Part shown: positions 9,474-18,402 of the stretch, one piece after another
Position numbering within the stretch: the stretch's first letter is position 1
Layout of the letters: each line of letters opens with the position of its first letter
IMG/VR virus record: IMGVR_UViG_3300043443_000410
Span: 1-33,805 of that record
DNA length: 33,805 nucleotides
Reading direction: 5' to 3' (one strand)
DNA from: a virus
Lineage: Duplodnaviria > Caudoviricetes
Notes under the pieces: model-generated
What the model was told of the DNA's origin: nothing
What the model saw: the letters and a program-made list of their open reading frames with translations, nothing else
Databases searched by the model: none
Position numbers and translations under genes: made by a program

Positions 9474-9808
9474 CACACCAGCGGCGCTTCATGATGGCGC
9501 TGGCCGGCCACCTGGGAAGAACGGTGGCCGAACTGGAAGCGACGCTGGGTGCTGGTGAACTGGAAGAATGGATCGCCTTGGCGCAAGAGGAACCGTGGGG
9601 ACCATTCCGGCAGGATGTCTTGGCAACGCTCGGTTGGTCTTATGCGGTGATGGCACCGCACCTGAAAGATCCGGCTGACACGGCGAAGAAGATTACCTTG
9701 CCGTGGTGGAAAGACAGGCCGGCTGAGAATGTCCGGCAGGTGACACCCGAGGAAATGCGCTTGGCGCTGTTGTCGCTGGGTGCCAAACCGGTGGAGTCCG
9801 ATGGCTGA
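9464..9808 (+). CDS. gpT part of gpG-T, reached by -1 frameshift at A AAA AAC (9464-9470)
   Basis: -1 frame is open from the slip site (KKLTHQRRFMMALAGHLGRTVAELE); classic lambda G-T arrangement. Confidence 0.85.
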   Translation, partial: KKLTHQRRFMMALAGHLGRTVAELEATLGAGELEEWIALAQEEPWGPFRQDVLATLGWSYAVMAPHLKDPADTAKKITLPWWKDRPAENVRQVTPEEMRLALLSLGAKPVESDG

Positions 9809-10910
9809 ATCCATTTCCAACCTAGCCATCACCGTGGCGCTCGACGGCACCAAGGCCGAGTCAGGCCTGAACCGAGTTGCCGACAAGGTCGAGGATTTTG
9901 GCAAGCGGATGTCGGCTGTCAGCCAAATTGGTGCCGGCCTAGGCTCCATCCTTGGCGCTTTCAAATTTGGCGTGTTTGCTGCCGCCGGCGCTGGCGCTGT
10001 CGGGATGCTTAAAAATCTGGCAGCCAGCGCAAAGGACGCGCTGCTTGCCGAGGAAGCGCTACAGTTCAGCCAGGTGGCAGACCAAGGCGCTCTGATGCAA
10101 CAGCCGCAATGGCTTGGATCGATGACCGGCCAGATGGCGCTTCTGTCCGAGTCATGGGACAACCTGATACTGCGTTTGGCGGAACCGTTTGAAGGAGTCA
10201 TCAAGGAAGGCCTCGCATTTATGCGCGGCGTGTTTGAGGGTGTCGCGGTTTTTGCCGAGGAAATCGCCAGAGCATTTGGTTGGGTAAAGGATGATGACGG
10301 CAACTTTGAAAACCTTCAAAACATATTCAAGGTTGTCCGGGACTACACCATCGACATCGCCAAGGCGCTCACCGGCTCGATCAAATATTTTGTCGATGGG
10401 ATCACAACCGGTCTGGCAGAACTTCGCAAGATCACCAATCCCGGCGCTTTCAAACAAGCCTGGAACGATGTTCTTTTGGATTTGGGTTTGCGGAATCGCC
10501 GGCAATACAACCAGGCGATGCGCGCCAATGCCCAGGAATTTGCCAACAATCAAAACAACGGCGCGCTTGCAGGGTTCCAAGCTGGCCTCGAAAACTTTAG
10601 CGCAATGCTTGGAAATCTTCAGAACAATCTTGAGGAGGCCAAGGGTCGGGAGCGCCAACCACGCCTGAAGGTTCCAGCCATGGAACAGGCTCCGGAAAAC
10701 ATATTTGCGGCAGCTTTGGAACGCGGATCGGTTGCCGAATGGGAAAGCAGGATGCGTGATCAATTCAGCGCCGAGACGGTGAACATCCAAGAGCAGATTG
10801 CAGACAATACCAACAGGACTGTGTTTATCCTGGAACAGATGGCGCAAGGCGTGCTTGCAGCCGGCCAAGTTGTCATGCCTGGCCTGCTTGAATTTGGAAA
10901 GGGATTCTAA
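9801..10910 (+). CDS. Tape measure protein (short, ~369 aa)
   Basis: Follows gpG-T; N-terminal ISNLAITVALDG; Ala/Gly-rich helical composition. Confidence 0.8.
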   Translation: MAESISNLAITVALDGTKAESGLNRVADKVEDFGKRMSAVSQIGAGLGSILGAFKFGVFAAAGAGAVGMLKNLAASAKDALLAEEALQFSQVADQGALMQQPQWLGSMTGQMALLSESWDNLILRLAEPFEGVIKEGLAFMRGVFEGVAVFAEEIARAFGWVKDDDGNFENLQNIFKVVRDYTIDIAKALTGSIKYFVDGITTGLAELRKITNPGAFKQAWNDVLLDLGLRNRRQYNQAMRANAQEFANNQNNGALAGFQAGLENFSAMLGNLQNNLEEAKGRERQPRLKVPAMEQAPENIFAAALERGSVAEWESRMRDQFSAETVNIQEQIADNTNRTVFILEQMAQGVLAAGQVVMPGLLEFGKGF

Positions 10911-11876
10911 ATGGGATACACCAGCTTCAAGGAACTGGCTGGCAAATCCGGCTCCGTCAATTCGAGCTACCAGCGCCAATACACCCGGCAGTTCCGAATC
11001 ATCACCGACGACGCGACTCACGGTCCCTACTATGTCGGAAGCCATCCCAGCCTACCGCTGATTTTTTCCGCATATCCGGAAGACGCAAACGCTTTCTGCG
11101 TGTCACTAAATCCCCAGCAGGATTCAGACAACCCATTGGCATGGACGGTCACGGCGCAATACGCCTACGCCATGGACTCATGGGCCGGCGGTGGTGGCGG
11201 GGTTGGGCCTGTGGCAACAGGCAACCCGCAGATAGATAGCCAGCAGAAAGGCCAGCCGCCGGCCAGCAGGGCATCCGCTCCACTTTCGAGGCCTCGCGAT
11301 TACAGCTTCCAAACCATCAATGTCGGCCAACGGGTTGTTGAAAAGGATGTTGTGACCAATGAACCGATCGTGAACACGGCAGGCGATCCAATAGCGCCAC
11401 CCTACCTGATAGACATTCCGGCGATCGCAATCACCATCGGCCTGAACAGCACGACAGCACCTGGGGATGGTTGGGTTTCCGCGCTGGGAAAAATCAACAC
11501 CAACACGCTGACAATCGGTTCTTGGATCATTGCCGCCAAGCGCGCAAGATTGCGTGGCATTTCGGCCAACCTTGTCTATGAGGAAGGACTTTCCTATTGG
11601 CGCTGGCAGATCAACTTTGAGGTGCGTTATAGCTGGAAATGGGATCTCAGGTCGGTTGGCCTTGAGGCGAAGCAGTACGCCAAGGACGGGGCTGGGAATC
11701 AAATTGTGGTGAAAGGCCCAATCAAAAAGAATGGTAAGTACATCACCCAGCCAGTTGGATTGGACACCAACGGTTTTGTGGCGGAAAACACCAAGGCCGG
11801 CGGAGTCTGGACCGACAACGCGGCGCAGTTGTCTTTTGATGTGATTGAGTCCACAACCTTTCCGAGTCCGCTCTAA
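10911..11876 (+). CDS. Putative tail tip / baseplate protein
   Basis: Immediately after the tape measure; family not recognised. Confidence 0.55.
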   Translation: MGYTSFKELAGKSGSVNSSYQRQYTRQFRIITDDATHGPYYVGSHPSLPLIFSAYPEDANAFCVSLNPQQDSDNPLAWTVTAQYAYAMDSWAGGGGGVGPVATGNPQIDSQQKGQPPASRASAPLSRPRDYSFQTINVGQRVVEKDVVTNEPIVNTAGDPIAPPYLIDIPAIAITIGLNSTTAPGDGWVSALGKINTNTLTIGSWIIAAKRARLRGISANLVYEEGLSYWRWQINFEVRYSWKWDLRSVGLEAKQYAKDGAGNQIVVKGPIKKNGKYITQPVGLDTNGFVAENTKAGGVWTDNAAQLSFDVIESTTFPSPL

Positions 11877-12346
11877 TGCCGCAGGAAATCGGATACACCA
11901 TTTCCAGCGAGTCAGCCGAACGGCTGGCAACGATGCTGCGCGCCTTTGAAGGCGGCAGGCTGTCCAAAAAGTTTGGCAGCGATGAGGACGATTATGTCAG
12001 CCAGCCTGGCGATGGTGTCGAGTTTGTCCAGGTCACCGGCACGACAACGCCGGCTGGCGATCATCTGGCGAAGATAGTCTGGTGGGACAACACCAACGAC
12101 GAATGGCGTTCAGACGATACCGAAATCATAGTTCGTGAACCGGACGGCAAAACGCTGCCAAACGGCAAGTACATCGCCAAATACATGTTCACCAGGCTGA
12201 TCAGCGGATCGACTACCAAGGATGTGTATGTGACCAGTTCTGGTCCAATCCTGTCCATTCAGGTGGTGACAGACATCACCTGTGTTAGCGGCGTGTTAAC
12301 CGTGACCAAAAAGACGCTTCACATCCCAGGCGGCAGGTCCACCTGA
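11876..12346 (+). CDS. Putative minor tail protein
   Basis: TAATG coupling to the previous gene; tail-region position. Confidence 0.55.
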   Translation: MPQEIGYTISSESAERLATMLRAFEGGRLSKKFGSDEDDYVSQPGDGVEFVQVTGTTTPAGDHLAKIVWWDNTNDEWRSDDTEIIVREPDGKTLPNGKYIAKYMFTRLISGSTTKDVYVTSSGPILSIQVVTDITCVSGVLTVTKKTLHIPGGRST

Positions 12347-12960
12347 TGGCAACATCGGTAACAGGATCCGAGGACTACAAGGGGCCATCCGCAATTTCCC
12401 TGCCACCTTCAGGCGGGGCAACTGGGACAACAGGCGGAACCAGCACCACAACGCTCACTTGCACGCCGTGCTGCGCTCCTCCAACCAACTTTCTGGCCGG
12501 GTGGTTTGGCTCTTCCGGTCTTTGCCCAAGCGCGACAGACAACACGGTTCCAATCCCGCTTGACGCGTCATTCTCATTCACGGCTAATTCGCCATATACT
12601 CTTGGCGGATTGTGCCTGCCATCGTCCGCCACGGTTTCCATGGTTGCCGACAATTACAACACATCCGCACAGCAAAACCTTTACTGGTCGAGTCCGGGAA
12701 CATGCACGACTATATCCCCGCCAACAACGAGAATTCTGGGTAAAAGCGGTTTCATTCCCTACGAAATTCTCCCAAGCGGAAACATCCGTTCTATATACCC
12801 AAGGATTTGCAACTGCTATTCTTTTGGATACATCTCTCTCTACATTTCCGAGACCACATCCCCTACCTATTCTTGCAGCCCTTTTTCCATCACATTCACC
12901 GGAACAATGTACGACGGATACACCCAGGTCGGCACCTTCTCAGTCACTTTCACATTGTGA
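12346..12960 (+). CDS. Ser/Thr/Cys-rich putative tail tip or adhesin protein
   Basis: TGATG coupling; CTPCC motif; lower GC in the 3' part. Confidence 0.55.
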   Translation: MATSVTGSEDYKGPSAISLPPSGGATGTTGGTSTTTLTCTPCCAPPTNFLAGWFGSSGLCPSATDNTVPIPLDASFSFTANSPYTLGGLCLPSSATVSMVADNYNTSAQQNLYWSSPGTCTTISPPTTRILGKSGFIPYEILPSGNIRSIYPRICNCYSFGYISLYISETTSPTYSCSPFSITFTGTMYDGYTQVGTFSVTFTL

Positions 12961-13283
12961 GTTACACCACCAAACCTTGTCCGCATGACCCAACCGCCTG
13001 CGAATGCCGGGTGTGCCATCTGTACCTGACCAACCCGGAATACAACCGCCTCTGGGGTGGCACCGGCATCGATCCAGCTTTTCGCCGGCAATGGATCAGC
13101 CGCGCCACCACGCCATGCGTTCACCTTGGCGAAAACATCGAAAATCCAACCACCTGTGGATGCGGTGTGGCGGTTTTGCGTGCGTGCGCCTTGCATGGCC
13201 AGTGCCGAAGGATTGGCCAGCCAAAAGCCGGGGAAAAGGTTTGCGCCACCTGTCCGGACTGGCAGGTGAGTTCGTCGGGTTAA
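12957..13283 (+). CDS. Cys-rich hypothetical protein (~108 aa)
   Basis: GTG start overlaps the previous TGA; CECRVC, CVHLG, CGC, CALHGQC, CATCPDW motifs. Confidence 0.7.
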   Translation: MSYTTKPCPHDPTACECRVCHLYLTNPEYNRLWGGTGIDPAFRRQWISRATTPCVHLGENIENPTTCGCGVAVLRACALHGQCRRIGQPKAGEKVCATCPDWQVSSSG

Positions 13284-13292
13284 TTATCTTCG
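13267..13292 (+). promoter_or_regulatory. Putative phage late promoter, copy 3 (before the putative lysis cassette)
   Basis: TGAGTTCGTCGGGTTAATTATCTTCG, followed by ATG at 13297. Confidence 0.65.
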
Positions 13293-13296
13293 AGGT

Positions 13297-13980
13297 ATGA
13301 CACCCGCACTCATATTTCTGTTGTTTTGCGAGATCAAAGCACCGCCAGAGGTTCGCACGCCGTGCAACCGTCTGGCGCGCGTCGAAATCACCTCCACCGG
13401 CAAAAACACCATCCTGATCCAGCCAGCCGGCGACTGTGACGCATTCCAAGAGGTTGCGGCATCCGGCAAACTGTCCTTCCGGGTGATCTGTTACACACCG
13501 GGGAGGTACCGTTTAACGTTCGTAAGCGCTTCTGGCGATGTGCCGGAATATGCCACAACTGACATAATCGCCGGGGATGTCCCGCCACCCACGCCACCGG
13601 CTCCGGTGCCACCGGCTCCCACACCCACGCCGGATGACATCACCCGGGATCCCCTCTACGTTGCTCTGTCCAACATCCTTGGCGGCTTGCAGGAACCGGA
13701 CCAGCAAGCCAGCCTGAAAACACTTGCCGAAATTTACCGTCAAGGCGAAATCATGGCGAGCCAGCACGGCACGCTGGGCGCGTGGACCGGCGCATTGCGA
13801 CTACTCAGCCAGCAAACCAACCTCGGGAACAAGCTATTGGCGGTGCGCCAGCGTATTGCCGACGAGTTGTCCAACACTCTTGGAACTGATCCGGCGGCCA
13901 TCCTTGCGGGGGGACTCGGCGCACGATGCGCCGCGCAGTGCCGCCGGATCAGCCAAATTCTCAACACTCTGGCGCGGTGA
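13297..13980 (+). CDS. Exported two-domain protein with a Pro-rich linker
   Basis: Hydrophobic N-terminus ALIFLLFC; PPPTPPAPVPPAPTPTP linker; helical C-terminal domain. Confidence 0.7.
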   Translation: MTPALIFLLFCEIKAPPEVRTPCNRLARVEITSTGKNTILIQPAGDCDAFQEVAASGKLSFRVICYTPGRYRLTFVSASGDVPEYATTDIIAGDVPPPTPPAPVPPAPTPTPDDITRDPLYVALSNILGGLQEPDQQASLKTLAEIYRQGEIMASQHGTLGAWTGALRLLSQQTNLGNKLLAVRQRIADELSNTLGTDPAAILAGGLGARCAAQCRRISQILNTLAR

Positions 13981-13984
13981 ACGA

Positions 13985-14884
13985 ATGGCTGAAGAGATTC
14001 AGGACTTCGGATGGATCGAGGACCCCGCCGCAGTGGATGCGGTGTTGGCCTCGCTACCCATGCCGACATGGGGAGACACGCCGGCCAGCGCCGTGGATGA
14101 GGCCAAACTGCCGGACGAGGTGTTGGGATGGCAGGCATGGCAAAAGGCCAGCGGAACGGCATGGCCTGAACTGTCTCAGGGTTCTGTTGGCTCCTGCGTT
14201 TCGTTCGGAACCAGCCATGCGTTGATGTTCACCATGGCCTGCGAAATCCTTGCCGGTGATGACGAGGAAACCAAGATTCCGTGCATGGAGGCCATCTACG
14301 GCGGTTCCCGTGTCGAGGTCGGCGGCGGCAAAATCTCCGGGGATGGCTCGGTAGGCGCTTGGGCAGCCGAGTGGGTACGCAACTGGGGAGTGGTCGCGCA
14401 GGGTGTCTATGGCTCCTATGACCTGCGGAAATACGATCCAAAACGCTGCCGGGACTGGGGGCGCGGTGGAGTACCACCGGAGATCGAGGCCGAGGCGAAA
14501 AAACATCCAATCGGCGAATGCACTCTGATTACCTCGTTCTCGGATGCCGTCTCAGCCATTGGCCAGGGTTACGGCGTGCAGGTGGCCAGTACCCGGGGAT
14601 TCTCACTCAAACGCTCAGAGGATGGCTATTCCGCGCCCAGTGGCCGGTGGGGACATTCGATGTCGTTTATAGGCTACAGGCGCGCCGGGAAACGGCCTGG
14701 ATTGTTCATCGTGAACAGTTGGGGATTCCAGTCAACCACCGGTCCAAAATCGCACCCGGACGCGCCGTCATCCGGCTGGTGGGTGGATGCCGAGGTGGCG
14801 GATTCCATGCTGCGCCAGCGGGATTCTTTTGCATTCTCACGGTTCACCGGTTTCCCTGCTCGTTCCATCAATTGGCTGATCTGA
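13985..14884 (+). CDS. Papain-like (C1 family) cysteine peptidase
   Basis: QGSVGSC (oxyanion Gln and catalytic Cys), GHSMSFIGY (His), IVNSWG (Asn); start revised to ATG 13985. Confidence 0.9.
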   Translation: MAEEIQDFGWIEDPAAVDAVLASLPMPTWGDTPASAVDEAKLPDEVLGWQAWQKASGTAWPELSQGSVGSCVSFGTSHALMFTMACEILAGDDEETKIPCMEAIYGGSRVEVGGGKISGDGSVGAWAAEWVRNWGVVAQGVYGSYDLRKYDPKRCRDWGRGGVPPEIEAEAKKHPIGECTLITSFSDAVSAIGQGYGVQVASTRGFSLKRSEDGYSAPSGRWGHSMSFIGYRRAGKRPGLFIVNSWGFQSTTGPKSHPDAPSSGWWVDAEVADSMLRQRDSFAFSRFTGFPARSINWLI

Positions 14885-14892
14885 GGTTGTCC

Positions 14893-15153
14893 ATGGATGC
14901 TGTCCAATTCATCCGCGAGTTCGGTTTGCCAACCATGGGCCTGTGTGTGGCTGGGTATGCGTTTTATCAATGCTGCGCCTGGATAGCCAAAGAATTGATT
15001 GTGCCGCTGCGGGATCGCCACTTTGCGTTCTTGTCCTCACTGGAAAGCACGCTGTCTGTCCTGGCGAAAACCCAGCAGCAGCTAGGCACCGAGATCGAGC
15101 GGATCACCGACATGATTCAAGGTGGCCAGTTCAAACCCAAGGATAAAGCGTAA
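14893..15153 (+). CDS. Holin-like single-TM protein
   Basis: 86 aa; EFGLPTMGLCVAGYAFY hydrophobic segment then a charged coiled-coil-like tail; SD GAGG. Confidence 0.55.
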   Translation: MDAVQFIREFGLPTMGLCVAGYAFYQCCAWIAKELIVPLRDRHFAFLSSLESTLSVLAKTQQQLGTEIERITDMIQGGQFKPKDKA

Positions 15154-15572
15154 TGGCGAGTCTGGTGTACAACTCGTTCTATTACGACTCGTTCACGGGT
15201 GCGATCAATTGCGCATCCGACACGTTCAAGTGCATGTTGGTTACCAGTAGCTACACTGCCGACAAGGCGCACGACAAACGCAACGACATCACGAATGAAG
15301 TGACCGGCACCGGTTACACCAGCGGCGGTAACTCAGCCACCTGCACTGTGGCAGCGGTGGACAACACGAACAACGATGTGGAAATCAGTTTCTCAATTAC
15401 CAGTTGGACCAGCAGCACAATCACCGCTCGCGGCGCAGTGATTTATAAATCCCGAGGCGGCGCATCGAGCGCGGACGAACTGGTTTGCTTTATCGATTTC
15501 GGTGCCGACATCAGCAGTAGCGCGGGAACATTCGCAGTGACGATGAATGACCCAATCAAGGTTCAGAACTAG
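15153..15572 (+). CDS. Putative virion structural protein
   Basis: DTFKCML...NEVTGTGYTSGG...ITARGAVIY...LVCFIDFG, a pattern common in phage minor structural proteins. Confidence 0.7.
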   Translation: MASLVYNSFYYDSFTGAINCASDTFKCMLVTSSYTADKAHDKRNDITNEVTGTGYTSGGNSATCTVAAVDNTNNDVEISFSITSWTSSTITARGAVIYKSRGGASSADELVCFIDFGADISSSAGTFAVTMNDPIKVQN

Positions 15573-15580
15573 GAGGAATC

Positions 15581-16000
15581 ATGCCAAAGAGTACCAATCT
15601 GAATTTCACGCAGGAAATCGAGATTGCTGGCAAGCAATTGACCAGTGCCAGCACCACGGCGCTCCAAACCTTGTACACAGCCGGTTCCAATGACTGCGTG
15701 GTAAAGAGCCTAACGGCAACCAGCGATGATTCTGCTGCCATCAACCTCAAGGTTGTAATCAATGACGGCACGACTGATTTGCTTCTAGGCACCGTCCGCA
15801 TCGCTGCCACCAGCGGCACCGATGGCGCAGCGGCAACGGTCGACATTCTAGGCTCCAGCCTGTTGCCAGGACTGCCGCGCGACCTGAACAACCGCGCCAT
15901 CCTGCCGCTGAAGAACGGTCACATTCTCAAAGTGGGCGCGCTGGCCACGATGACCAGTGCCAAGACGGCAAACATTGTCGCAGTAATCGAGGAGTACTAA
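15581..16000 (+). CDS. Putative structural (decoration-like) protein
   Basis: SD AGGAGG; small beta-rich Ala/Thr protein in a structural cluster. Confidence 0.6.
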   Translation: MPKSTNLNFTQEIEIAGKQLTSASTTALQTLYTAGSNDCVVKSLTATSDDSAAINLKVVINDGTTDLLLGTVRIAATSGTDGAAATVDILGSSLLPGLPRDLNNRAILPLKNGHILKVGALATMTSAKTANIVAVIEEY

Positions 16001-16003
16001 GAG

Positions 16004-16267
16004 ATGGCAGACCAGCATCAATTTGCAGCGGAAGGCCTGACGAGTCCGGCGGACAATGCCGTAGCGGTCACTCCGAGTGACTCCACCGATTTGGCCTACA
16101 CATCCAGAGCGCTCTATGTGGGCGGCGCTGGCAATATCGTCGCCACAATGGCCGGCGGTGGGGATGTGACCTTCACAGCGGTTCCGGCTGGTAGCATTCT
16201 GCCGGTGCGGGTGACCAGGGTTAAGGCTACCAGCACCACGGCTACATCCATCGTTAACCTGTACTGA
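16004..16267 (+). CDS. Head-spike base protein, RcGTA Rcc01079-like
   Basis: SPA.nAvAVTPSD.tDL...RALYVGGAGN...VTF..vPAGsiLPVRV.RV.AT.TTAT.IV.L pattern. Confidence 0.75.
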   Translation: MADQHQFAAEGLTSPADNAVAVTPSDSTDLAYTSRALYVGGAGNIVATMAGGGDVTFTAVPAGSILPVRVTRVKATSTTATSIVNLY

Positions 16268-16323
16268 TTTCGGGGTAGCCAATGCGCGACCTTCTAAGCA
16301 TCGGCACCAACCGGAGAGAATCC

Positions 16324-17103
16324 ATGATTGGCACGGGCATTGGGCTGGGGCTGAGTGGATATAGATTGGCTAGCGGGCCATCATTTCAGCCAACTTTGAT
16401 TTCAGGTTTAGAGCTTTGGCTCGATGCTTCTGATTTATCAACACTTTATCAATCCAGCGGTGGTAGCCTTGCAATTGCTGACGGAGATCCTGTTGGAGAG
16501 TGGAGAGACAAGAGTGGAACATTGAGGAATGCGGTTCAAGCAAGTGGAACAAATAAGCCGGCATTAAAATTATCTATTTTGAATTCCCTTCCAGTAGTGC
16601 GTTTTGATGGCGTGAATGATTTTTTATCTAATTCCCTGCAATGGGCCAACTTGGCATTCACGATAATCACCGTAACAAAAAGGGCTGGTGGTTCAAACTA
16701 TCCAGCATTCATTGCAGAATATTCTGGAACGGCTAATGGGTATCTGGCATTTGGTTTAGACCCTTCCTCGTATCTGTCTATTCACAAAACAGGGCTTGCA
16801 ACTTCAGCATCTAATCTAGTCCAGACTGCCGGAACATTTTTTATTCAGTCAGCACAAAGCTCTGGCATTTCGTCTGGAAATGTCTCCGTTGATGTTAAAT
16901 CGAATGGAGTGTCTGCATCAAGCACATTGACTTTGACTGGATTGTCCACGAACTCACTAACGAGTTACGGAGCAAGCAAAAACGGGACAACCGATTTTTT
17001 TAACGGAGACATTGCTGAAATAATTGTTTACAGCAGCGTTTTGTCTGCTGGTAATCTTGCATCTGTATTTAACTACCTGCGTGGAAAATGGGGTGTGTAC
17101 TAA
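16324..17103 (+). CDS. Head-spike fibre-like protein with a LamG/concanavalin-like domain
   Basis: N-terminal MIGTGIGLGL anchor; LWLDASD, WRDKSG, FDGVND, FNGDIAEIIVY, YLRGKWG; AT-rich body. Confidence 0.75.
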   Translation: MIGTGIGLGLSGYRLASGPSFQPTLISGLELWLDASDLSTLYQSSGGSLAIADGDPVGEWRDKSGTLRNAVQASGTNKPALKLSILNSLPVVRFDGVNDFLSNSLQWANLAFTIITVTKRAGGSNYPAFIAEYSGTANGYLAFGLDPSSYLSIHKTGLATSASNLVQTAGTFFIQSAQSSGISSGNVSVDVKSNGVSASSTLTLTGLSTNSLTSYGASKNGTTDFFNGDIAEIIVYSSVLSAGNLASVFNYLRGKWGVY

Positions 17104-17501
17104 TGTCGACCATTTGGGAACACCAAGTTTTTGTGATTGGCGCATCGGCATCGATGCCGGGTGCTATTGCTGCTCTAGACATTGCATTCCCTCGCGACGA
17201 TGGCCAGCCGCGTGACCCGTCAAAACCTGAAGAGGTTGGGTGCCAGCTTTCGGCCAATGGTCAGGCGCCTGCCACTCATTACGGTGCGGCTTTCAGCGTG
17301 ACTGAAGCCATACGGGAAAACTTGGAAGGCATGGGATTGGCTCAGACTCCAGGAATCGTCTATTGGAGATGTAGCAACCCGGCAGGCATTCTTGAAACTA
17401 CCAACCACCCAGCCAGTCAGGCCAGCATTGGCCAGCCTTGGGACTGGCAGAAATGCTTGACGGCGGTTGTCTTGCAGGCTGTCCAGGTTGAATTGCCGTG
17501 A
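17103..17501 (+). CDS. Hypothetical protein
   Basis: TAATG coupling to the fibre gene; possible fibre accessory protein. Confidence 0.6.
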   Translation: MSTIWEHQVFVIGASASMPGAIAALDIAFPRDDGQPRDPSKPEEVGCQLSANGQAPATHYGAAFSVTEAIRENLEGMGLAQTPGIVYWRCSNPAGILETTNHPASQASIGQPWDWQKCLTAVVLQAVQVELP

Positions 17502-17764
17502 GTTATCAGAGCTATTTAAACCTGTGCCTATCGCCAGCCACCAGCCTGGGTGGTTCAGATGCCAGCGCAGGTAAGTCTCTGCCGACTCGTAGGCTTACCG
17601 ACCGGCTCAATTTTGCTCTAGCCGGTTACGGACTTCTAGCCGGTGGTTCTGGCAGCGCACCGGAGCCCGGCGTTATCACGACATCCACCATTGGGAAATC
17701 AACCCAACTGATCCTGTCGGCATCCAAATCAACCAGCATCACGATGGAACTGTTTGGAGGCTGA
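17498..17764 (+). CDS. Hypothetical protein
   Basis: GTGA overlap; fits the operon tiling. Confidence 0.55.
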   Translation: MSYQSYLNLCLSPATSLGGSDASAGKSLPTRRLTDRLNFALAGYGLLAGGSGSAPEPGVITTSTIGKSTQLILSASKSTSITMELFGG

Positions 17765-17767
17765 TAC

Positions 17768-18076
17768 ATGCCGTACAACGCAAACACCGGAACCTACTCA
17801 TACAACATCGGAGACTTGATCCGGGTTCAGGCCACCTTTAAGGACATTGGCGGCGCGGTGGTTGATCCAACCAACATCACGCTGAAGGTAAAGGTTCCAG
17901 CCGGCACCGTCTCGACCTTCTATTACCCCGGCACGGTCACCCGCTCTAGCACGGGTGTGTATTACTACGACTTCCCGATAACCGCCAGCGGCACCCATTA
18001 CTACAACTGGTCCGGAACTGGTGCGTATACCGTTGCAGACGAGAGCAGTTTTGAGGTGGTTTCTACGCAGTTCTAG
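17768..18076 (+). CDS. Small Ig-like beta-sandwich protein
   Basis: VDPTNITLKVK.P.G...STGVYYYDF...SGTHYYNW pattern. Confidence 0.65.
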   Translation: MPYNANTGTYSYNIGDLIRVQATFKDIGGAVVDPTNITLKVKVPAGTVSTFYYPGTVTRSSTGVYYYDFPITASGTHYYNWSGTGAYTVADESSFEVVSTQF

Positions 18077-18087
18077 TGAGGTGTTTC

Positions 18088-18402
18088 ATGTTCGACCCGA
18101 TTCAACTTCCCAACGAACTCCCAGTTAATAGCTTGAAAATCCTTTTGGACTTCGCACGCGCAAAGACTCCATGGGGACGGGACGTGCTGGCTGCTGCCGC
18201 AACCGTTGGACTCTACGGCGCACAGATTGCGGTGCCGGCTCCCAGCATGGCAACCGGTGAGGACTTCAGCCCTGAGGCCGCACTAGAGGCCGCCATCAGC
18301 CAGGCGAAAGCAGGCGACGAGGCCAAGCAGTTTCTGCCGATCCCGTGGCTCCTGTTGGCTCAGTGGGCGCTTGGCCTGCTTCTCAACAAGATCACGCATT
18401 AA
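18088..18402 (+). CDS. Hypothetical membrane-associated protein
   Basis: SD GAGGT; hydrophobic C-terminus FLPIPWLLLAQWALGLLL. Confidence 0.6.
   Translation: MFDPIQLPNELPVNSLKILLDFARAKTPWGRDVLAAAATVGLYGAQIAVPAPSMATGEDFSPEAALEAAISQAKAGDEAKQFLPIPWLLLAQWALGLLLNKITH

Noticed and set aside
13724-13984. N-terminal extension of the cysteine peptidase given by the ORF track
   Set aside because: It overlaps the upstream gene; ATG 13985 just after that gene's stop is more plausible. Similar start trimming was applied to several other ORFs
14916-14941. Fourth copy of the late motif (CGAGTTCG)
   Set aside because: Inside the holin-like gene and lacks the GGTT and TCG elements at the conserved spacing
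12346-17103. Diversity-generating retroelement target in the adhesin-like genes
   Set aside because: No reverse transcriptase and no template/variable repeat pair seen
109-17103. Gene transfer agent cluster
   Set aside because: Despite GTA-like spikes and a short tail, the element has an integrase, attP, a replication origin and a packaging HNH, so it is an autonomous phage
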